Source of the DNA: Flaccisagitta enflata
Taxonomy: Eukaryota
Direction of reading: 5' to 3'
DNA length: 64,000 nucleotides
Assembly: GCA_965153355.1 (NCBI GenBank)
Contig: OZ231126.1
Location: forward strand, 40,858,001 to 40,922,000
Shown: one piece after another, positions 55,144-64,000 of the stretch
Numbering within the stretch: the stretch's first letter is position 1
How the letters are laid out: the number at the start of each line of letters is the position of its first letter
Notes under the pieces: generated by a model
What the model was told of the DNA's origin: nothing
Databases searched by the model: none
What the model saw: only the letters and a program-made list of their open reading frames with translations
Translations under genes and position numbers: made by a program

Positions 55144-57073
55144 ACTTACACATATAGATATATGGATACACAGACAGACAGACTGAAAGATATACAGTCA
55201 CAGACAGACAGAATCTCAGAAAAAAAGGTAGATTAACGAGCAGACAGACAGACAAGTAGACAGACAGACAGATAGACAGACAGACAGAGGTTCAGAAGGT
55301 AAAGATTCACCCACAAATACTAAGAGCACTTGAGAAACAAAATCCAAAAAAGGAAGGGAAAAAATGCGAGACAAATGCGATTTGCACAGCACTAAGTCAT
55401 GCTTGCCATTGGGAAAATAATGTTTTTGTTTGCTCAGCGCACTTCTGGTCAGCTCGAACTGAACTTACCCCATTTGTTGTGCGATGGTTTTGTTGTGAAT
55501 ATTCTTTAACATGTTGACAACGGCAAAAAAGTTTCTGACATAACCTTTTCATGTCTTTATGGGATTTGGGTAGCTGTGAAAATTGCATTGTTTTTAAATA
55601 ATCTTACTTTTATTGAATATTCTTTGCGGTTGCCTTACCACAATACTAGACTCAGTTTGCATTAGCTGCTTATACACATCTTTAGTCATGTCCTTACGCC
55701 CCTTCTCACCTCTTTTTGCGATGTGCATCCAACCTTGCTAACTTTCTGTTCAATCCTTAATCTATTCGTAACACTACTTTTGGTAAGCAGTTCGCTTTTG
55801 GGTTAGATTCAGAAGAAATGTTTTTTAGATTTGGTTTAATGAAAAACTAGGAGTGGTGCGCGTATTAACTAGTCAGTGGGGGTTCACAAGGCCCTATTCC
55901 ATTTATTTCAGCTTGGGTATAGTGAGGGAAATTGTTCCACTTTTCTGAGTCCTATAGCAGTGTAAAAACTTAGTGAGTTAAATGGCACCGGCTCAGACCA
56001 CAGTGCCTTTGTACCATAGTGTCTGGGATCAGATTCTATTGAATCAAAACTTATAGAATCTGCAGCAAGAAATTGAGAGGAATTGTGCGGCTGTGTTTGC
56101 CGAAGTTGGTGATAAACCATTTCATCATATTCATTTGAATCATATGTTTATGACACATTACAAATATTGTTGAATGGCTAAACACATCTGAATTAACTTG
56201 AAAAAAAAATCAGCTTCCGTGTAGACTTTTTTTACAATGGCCTTTTGCGCTTCAACAGTTTTGTATTTGTTCTACACTGGAAAAATGCTTTTTCTCTCAG
56301 TTTTAGTTGAAATTTCATATTGACAACTCTTTACATATCGCCATATGTAATACATCATGATCATTTCAGAAAGTCTTTTTTTTTTCAATCAAAACAAATT
56401 TGTATGAAATCATATAAAGTTACCTGGTTGACCTAAAGTAATTGTTTTTTTTTTCTTGTAGAAGATATCTTTATGGTTGATAATCACAAAATAGAAAAAG
56501 AAAACTACTGCTTTTGATTTTCTTAAAAATAAAAAAAAATTCTGTAAAAAAATTATAATGACGCAGTTTAAATACTCTAGAGCATTGTTACAGGGATCAG
56601 AGGTTTTCAGCAATGATTGTACCATTATTCAGAAGATTGGGAAGTGGATATACAAATCAACGGATCGATTCTTCCAGTCCTATAAATTCTTCTGTCTATC
56701 TCGTTCGGGACTCCTTCCAGAATTCAATGTTGGGATAATGAAAAGTGAACTGGAGTCATTATCAAAAACCTCCCAACATAAGAGTTCCTCCATATCCTGC
56801 CGGCAGTCAAACATTTTGTGCCGTCAGAGCAATGAGTATTTCTGCTAGCAGATATGCTAGTCAATTGCCAGCTTATTTGACAGCAGTGATTTTTCGGAAA
56901 AACGCTCAGTATGAACCTTTTGCCCCCCTGGAGATGTCATTTGAGTGGTCTTGTCTACTGCAAACTCTCGTGAGAGATTGATTTTCCATCGCTGAGAAAA
57001 AAAAAGAACAATTTGACAATCGATTAAATGAAAGTGAGTAAATATGGACGGCGGCATGAAAAAGACACGTAAA

Positions 57074-57275
<202 letters not shown>

Positions 57276-58459
57276 GGATGAGAATGATAGTCGGTTAGAA
57301 TGGTAAAACAACGATAGAAAACTTGAAAAAAAAGGAAATTGGGATGCAAAAATTTAGACAATTAAAATAACATCATTTTGAAAGCAAGTAACCGGGGCTT
57401 ACAATATCATTGCGGACGGGCGGGTAGGGTTGTACAACCCCCCATCACACTCTCCACGCACACACGCGCAGAGATGCGCGTTTCCACACCAGTCTTTATC
57501 GTTACAGATAAACCAACGAGCGGATGGCCAGATGGACTAACAGACGGACAAAGCGTGTCTGCAACTGAAAAAATACTTGTCTTCTTTGTAGTCAGGTATT
57601 GGTCAGAGAACTTTGTTTGACCATGATAGCAAGACGCAAGCAAAAACGCGTTAGCAGTCAGTGTAGGGTTCACAAACAGTCATTTGCGAGTCACACACAG
57701 ACGCATGTACACATACAGTGGCGCGAGTTTAGTGGCACGAGTATAATTAAACATCCCTTTTTATCTACGTTTAACCGTTTCCACCAAAAGCGTCTCATTT
57801 CAATTTTTTTTATTTTTCAATTGTTTTCTTTGTTTTTACATCCAAAATCTCTGTTGTTCTGTCAAGTTGAAAAAAAGTTGTCGAACAAACTTCAAAGAAA
57901 AAAATTTAGTTTAGGCAATATGTCTTGTTACAGTATAGGATTTATTCAGACTGAGAGGATTAGAGGCGTGTTTTCACTACATTACGATAATGGGCTACTC
58001 AGACATTCACCTCCCTCTTCTTGTTCTCCTCTTCCTCTTAAGTTATTTTGTTTCAGCAAATTAATGTTTTGTTTCAAGGCTCAAATCCCACCCTCGAGGC
58101 TGGAATATGGGCCTCATGGGTAGGATTTGGGCCTCGAGGATGGGATTTGGGCGTCGAGGATGAGATTTGAGCCTTGAAAATGGGATTTGAGCCTCAAGGC
58201 TGGGATCTAGGCCTTGAGACTGGGATGTGGGCCTCGAGACTAGGATTTGGGCCTTGAGGCTTGGATTTGAGTGGGGGGGGGCGAAAGTAGGAGAAGAAGG
58301 AGAAGAATTCCCCTGTGCGAAAGCATAGGTCATCGACCCCTTCGGGGCCGCTGCCCAAAAAAGGGGAGAGATAAGAAACTATTTGGTGTACTTCTATAGG
58401 ACACAAGGGGTAAAGCTGTATGAACAAAGAATAGAACAAAAACAAATTAATGCGACTAA

Positions 58460-58736
58460 GGGCGTGTTTCTAGTGAGCGCCAAAAACGTGTGTTCCCGTG
58501 AAACGCGATAACAGCGTAAACACATATTCAAGTATTTCAACAGTCCTATGAGGGAGTGAGTAAAGTGAGTGAGCGAGCCCGTGAACAGAGCGAGCGAGCG
58601 AAGCAAGCGTAGTGAAGCAGAGCGAAGCGGAGCGCTGCGGAACGAGTGAGCGGAGTGAGCGGTGCGAGCGAACGAACGTAGCGAGCGACCGAGTGGCCTG
58701 TTAAAAACGCGATCGTCTTTGACTAGAAACGCCCCC
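58460..58736. mobile_element. PIF/Harbinger (Tourist-like) MITE
   Basis: TAA-gggcgtgtttctagt / actagaaacgccccc-TAA, with internal GAGC/GAGT repeats. Confidence 0.8.
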
Positions 58737-58871
58737 TAAGACAGAAATTAGTGGAAACACGCCCTTGTTCAGACTTTGGGGATTTAGTTGTGACTTCTAA
58801 TCTGCTCCAGTGGCACCACGAAGCTCAACTGTCTCCAAAGTTGCTTTGATAACTCAAAACTTTCCACCAAA

Positions 58872-59117
<246 letters not shown>

Positions 59118-59391
59118 CTCCACCTTCAGCTCCGTCCTTTTTAGTCGCGTGCTACGCGACTCTATAAGCCACATTTCGGTTGGTCCGTCGGTTGGTCCGT
59201 CGGTCGGTCGGTCACAAAACTGTTTTAAAGGCTTTTTAAAGCGTTTTTCATGTTTCTGAATGGTAGAGAAGGAACTTCGAGGAGTAGACAGCCATTTCAA
59301 ATGTCTTTTTGAAAAAAAAAATGTTTGTCTGTCTGTCTGCCTGCCTTTTTTTGAAAGTGCCGACGCACGCAACTTAGGTCTAATGACCTTG

Positions 59392-59461
59392 TTTTTCTTC
59401 TTCTTCTTCTTTTTCTTCTTCTTTTTCTTCTTTTTTTTCTTCTTCTTCTTCTTCTTCTTCT

Positions 59462-59492
<31 letters not shown>

Positions 59493-59638
59493 TTTCTTTT
59501 TCTTTTTCTTTTTCTTTTTCTTTTTCTTTTTCTTCTTCTTCTTCTTCTTCTTCTTCTTTTTCTTCTTCTTTTTCTTTTTTTCCCTTTCCTTCTTCTCCTT
59601 CTTCTTCTTATTCCTCTCCTCCTTCTTCTTCCTATTCT

Positions 59639-59670
<32 letters not shown>

Positions 59671-59880
59671 TTCTTCTTCTTCTTCTTCTTCTTCTTCTTC
59701 TTCTTCTTCTTCTTCTTCTTCTTCTTCTTCTTCTTCATAAACCTCTTCCTCTGATTCCTCTGCATCCTCTGCTTCTTCTTCTTCTTCTTCTTCTTCTTCT
59801 TCTTCTTCTTCTTCTTCTTCTTCTTCTTCTTCTTCTTCTTCTTCTTCTTCTTCTTCTTCTTCTTCTTCTTCTTCTTCTTC
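59392..59880. repeat. (TTC)n tracts
   Basis: Direct inspection. Confidence 0.96.
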
Positions 59881-60177
59881 CTCCTCTATTCCTTTAGTCT
59901 CCTTGGTCAGTGGTCATATGCCACTCGGTTTGTAAAGTGATACAAAACAACCCCCTTTTCCACCCACAAGTTTCATCAACGTATTTTCATGTATTCATTT
60001 GCTCTGCACTGTTCTGTATCTCCACCTTGATGTTTAAACTAGGAGAACTGCCACTTTTATGACGGTTTCTAGTGGTCCAGCCCATGTATAATCTATGGCA
60101 AATGAGTGCAAAAAAATTCCTGGGGCGCTTTTTGAAATATTCACTTTTTTTACCTTCATGAGGTACAGGTCATTGAA

Positions 60178-60595
60178 CTTTCCCATTTTTTGGACAAGCA
60201 ACCTTGTTTTGCTTGTAACTTTTGAACGAATCAAGCTAGAAATGCCAGATTGGTCCCATTTTGAAGATCTCTTCAAGATCTTTCCAACTGTCACCAATTT
60301 TTTGTAAATCCGTTCAAAAATAATTGAGATATAACCTGTCAAACATGAGCAATTTTATGGGGATTTTGGACAATTATCTTGGTTATGGAATTTTTCCCAT
60401 TTTTGGGACAATTTACTTGTTTTGCTCGTAACTTTTGAACGAATAAAGCTAGAAATGCCAGATTGGTCCCATTTTAAAGATTTTTTGAAGCTCTTTCAAA
60501 CCGTCACAAATTTTTAGTGAATCCGTTAAAAAATGGCCGAGTTATGACTGGTCAAACAGGAACAATATCATTGTGATTTGGAACGATTTTCCCAC
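60178..60595. repeat. ~213-bp tandem dimer, probably internal to a non-autonomous DNA transposon
   Basis: gtaacttttgaacgaat..aagctagaaatgccagattggtcccatttt occurs twice; element termini were not found. Confidence 0.8.
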
Positions 60596-60904
60596 CACCT
60601 TTTTCACAGTCTGATTTTGACTTTAGATACCTCCTTGGCTCCTAAAATCTGCTTAGGAGTCTTAATATGTATGTCGGTCCATCTGTTGGCCTGTGTGTCT
60701 GTCAATTGGCCTTTCAATCAGTGATCCTTATCACAAGTAAAGACTCAAGGCCTTGATTATGGCCTCACTGCTACACTATAAGAACATGGGCTTCAGGATG
60801 AAATCTAGTGTTTTAGTAAGAGGAAGCAGGGCAGCACCAGCTGCCCTTAATGGTTTGAAGTTCTTTAGAACACAGGGGGGCTTTAGCTTGTTCTGGACTA
60901 ACGG

Positions 60905-61573
60905 TTTTTGGGCAGCGGCCCCAAAGGGGACAAAGTCCTGTAGAACACAGGGGGACTTTTGTTTGTTCGTCCGTTTGTTCGTCCCCCCCTGGCCCCCTCA
61001 TCAGGCCTTTCAGGCCTCAAATCTGGCCTCTGAAACCACAAATCTGGTCTCTCAGGCCTCAAATTCAGCCTCTCAGGCTTCAAATCCAACCTCTCAGGCC
61101 TCAAACCTGGCCTCTCAGGCCTCAAATTAGGCTTCTCAGGCCTCAAATCCAAATTCTCAGGCCTCAAACCTGGCCTCTCAGGCCTCCAATTAGGCCTCTC
61201 AGACCTCAAATTAAGCCTCTCAGGCCTCAAATCAGCTATCTAATTCTCAATTTATTGCTCTCAGTCCTCTGACCTTAATAGCCTTAATCCAGCTCTCTCA
61301 AGCCTCCAGTCAGCCCTCTCAAGCTTCCGATTGGCATTCTCAGGCCTCACATCAGCCTTCTTAGACCTCAGTTTAGGCTCTTGAAGGCCTTCAGTCAGCC
61401 CCCTATAGCATCTCATCCACTTCTTCAGGCAGGATGAACGAAAGTCCCCCTGTGTTCTACAGGACTTCGTCCCCTTGGGGGCCGCTGCCCTGCTTCCCCT
61501 CACTCCAATTCACAATCACTCAAAGCAGGGCAACGGGTATCGCTGACCACATATTGCCCTTGGGCGACCTGTT
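60905..61573 (+). mobile_element. HINE-like family B element, same subtype as 13494-14172
   Basis: ~55-bp subterminal IRs, 21-bp array, tail ending ttgcccttgggcgacctgtt. Confidence 0.8.
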
Positions 61574-62002
61574 GATGGTGTAAATGCTTTGGGGATTTGG
61601 GCTTTTGGGTTGAAACTTGGGCCTCAGACCTGGGATATGGGAGCGGAATTTAGGCCAGAAGGCTAGAATTTGGGCCCTGGGGCTGGGATTTGGGCCTCAA
61701 GGCAGGGGATTGGGCCTTGAGGCTTGAATTTGGGTCTCGAGGCTAGAAATTTAGCAGCAAGGCTTAGAATTGGGCTTTAAGGCTGAGATTAGGGCCTTAC
61801 ATAAAACACAAAAACAACTGAGTAGCTGCATTATCATATTTACCACGACTAGCAAGATTGGTTTGAAAAGTATTCTAAGCAAGATTTGTAATAAAACAAG
61901 GCCAGATACATGGCTACAAAAGTCATGTGCAGGTGGGCAGGGGCCATATTTAAGGCCACTAGACCATTTTTGGGTCAGAGAAATAAAATCATTAAAAAAA
62001 GT

Positions 62003-64000
62003 AAGATAGGGAGCGACCGACCGACAGACCAACAGACCGACCAACTGACTGACAGACGGACGGATGGACTGACAAAGGGGGTTGTAGAGTCATGCATGTT
62101 AATAAAAAGAAATCAATAAAAACAGAAAGAAAATGTTCGTTGTCAGGATTTGTTAACTTCATCTTGCAATTTTTTCAGAAAGGCAATACCATTAAAAAGG
62201 CTCATGACACATCTGCTACACGTAAGAGTGATATCAGACTGTCAGTAAGCGACAATGTACTACAGCCACAGTATCATGGTATGATTACCTTCAGACCAAT
62301 CACACATATTTTTGGGGCCATATGTCTATGACCAGAAGTCCATTTTCTCCAAATTCTTGATTTTCAGGGTATTCAATCATGCTGGACAAAATGTGTTTTT
62401 ATTCATTTCTTCTAGTCCATTCCTTCCTCCCTAGACCAAAAACGGTGCAAAAAGACCACTGATTAACAGGTCGCCCAAGGGCAATATGTGCTCAGCGATA
62501 CCCACTGCCCTGCTTTGCATAATTGTCAATTGAAGTGAGAGGAAACGGGGCAGCGGCCCAGAAGGAGACAAAGTCCTGTAGAACAGGGGGACTTTTCTTC
62601 GTCCATCCTTCATCTGTTCCCTCAGGCCCTCTCAGGCCTAAAATCTACCCTCTCAGGCCTGAAATCTGCTCTCTCAGGCCTTGAATCTGGGAGAGCAGAT
62701 TTCAGGCCTGAGAGGACAGATTGAAGCCCTGCAATTTTAGGCCTTAGAGGGCATATTTAGGGCATATTTAGGGTTTGAGAGGACAGATTCAAGGCCTGCG
62801 AGGGCAGATTTCAGGTCTGAGAGAGCCTGGGGGACGAATGGAAGGACAGACAAACAAAAGTCCCCCTGTGTTCTACAGGACTTCGTCCCCTTTGGGGCCG
62901 CTGCCCTGCTTCCTCGCACTCTAATTGACAATTATGCAAAGCAGGGCAACGGGTATCGCTGAGCACATTTTGCCCTTGGGCGACCTATTAATCAGTAATC
63001 TTTTTGCACCGTTTCTGGTCTAGGGAGGAAGGAATGGACTAGAAGAAATGAATAAAAACACATTTTGTCCAGCATGGTTGAATACGCTGAAAATCAAGAA
63101 TTTGGTAAAAACGGACTTCTGGTCATAGATATATGGCCCCCAAAACATGTGTGATTGGTCTGAAGATAGTTATGCCATGATACTGCGGCTGTAGTACACT
63201 GTCGCTTGCTGACAGTCTGATGTCACTCTCACATGTAGCAGATGTGTTATAAGCCTTTTTGGGCAGCGGCCCCAAAGGGCCAATGTCCTGTAGAACACAG
63301 GGGGGAATTTCGAGACGTCCGTCCTTCCGTCCTTCCATCCTTCCATCCTTCCGTCCCCCCCCCCCCCGTTGACCATCAAGGCCTCAAATTAGCCCTCCCA
63401 GGACTCAATTTAGCCCTCCAGGCCTAAAATTAGCCCTCTTGGCTTCAAATCAGCCCCCTCCCATGCCCTTAATCTGCCTCCCAGACCTCAAATCTGCCCT
63501 CTAGACCTTCAATTAGCCCTCCAAGCTTGAAACCATCCCGCCAAACCTCAAATCTGCTCTCCAAGCCTTAATTATGCTCTCCAACCCTCAGATATGCCTT
63601 CAGTGGCATAAATCAGCCATCTAGAGCCCCCTCAGGATGGACGGACGTCTTGAAATTCCCCCCTGTGTTCTACAGGACATCGGCCCTTTGGGGCCGCTGC
63701 CCTGCTCTCACTCAACTTCTTCACTGGATCACTCAGCAGGGCATCGGGTACCGCTGACCATGTGCAATCCTTGGATGACTAGTTAACAGTATTGCCTTTC
63801 TGAAAAAATTGCGAGATGAATTGATTTGGGTTCCACGCACAATAGTTAACAAATCCTGACAACAAATACTTTTTTTCTGTTTTTATTAATTTCTTTTTAG
63901 TAACATGCGCGCGACTCTACAACCCCCTTTGTCAGTCCATCTGTCCGTCTGTCAGTCAGTTGGTCGGTCTGTTGGTCTGTCGGTTGGTCGCACCCCATTT
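62003..64000. repeat. Large imperfect inverted duplication centred near 62690, running off the window
   Basis: 62190-62600 is the reverse complement of 62855-63260, and 62003-62190 of 63786-64000. Confidence 0.9.
63256..63785 (+). mobile_element. HINE-like family B element inserted in the right arm of the palindrome
   Basis: Absent from the left arm (empty site near 62190); inserted in a T-run with no TSD. Confidence 0.85.

Overview
Repeat-dominated eukaryotic (probably invertebrate metazoan) DNA, mostly intergenic or upstream sequence. The only host coding sequence I can support is the first coding exon of a secreted ectonucleotide pyrophosphatase/phosphodiesterase (ENPP5/6/7-like; 1110-1250, minus), whose intron starts directly in a (GAT)n tract. 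The dominant feature is an intact I-group (Jockey/I-like) non-LTR retrotransposon on the minus strand: a zinc-knuckle ORF1 and an APE-RT ORF2 without RNase H, overlapping by ATGA. It ends in a (TCTG)n tail, and its 3' UTR is present twice in tandem with compensatory base changes in a stem-loop. The rest holds about 30 Helentron-like non-autonomous elements (HINE/DINE-1 architecture) in several families, which nest in each other at recurrent sites and carry satellite arrays. There are also MITEs with TIRs and TSDs (hAT, Tc1/mariner/Tc2-like, PIF/Harbinger-like, Foldback/MULE-like), minisatellites, many microsatellites, and a large inverted duplication centred on a HINE at the right end. Nearly all other ORFs in the track are repeat artefacts. 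Coordinates were read by eye and family assignments come from structure, not database searches.
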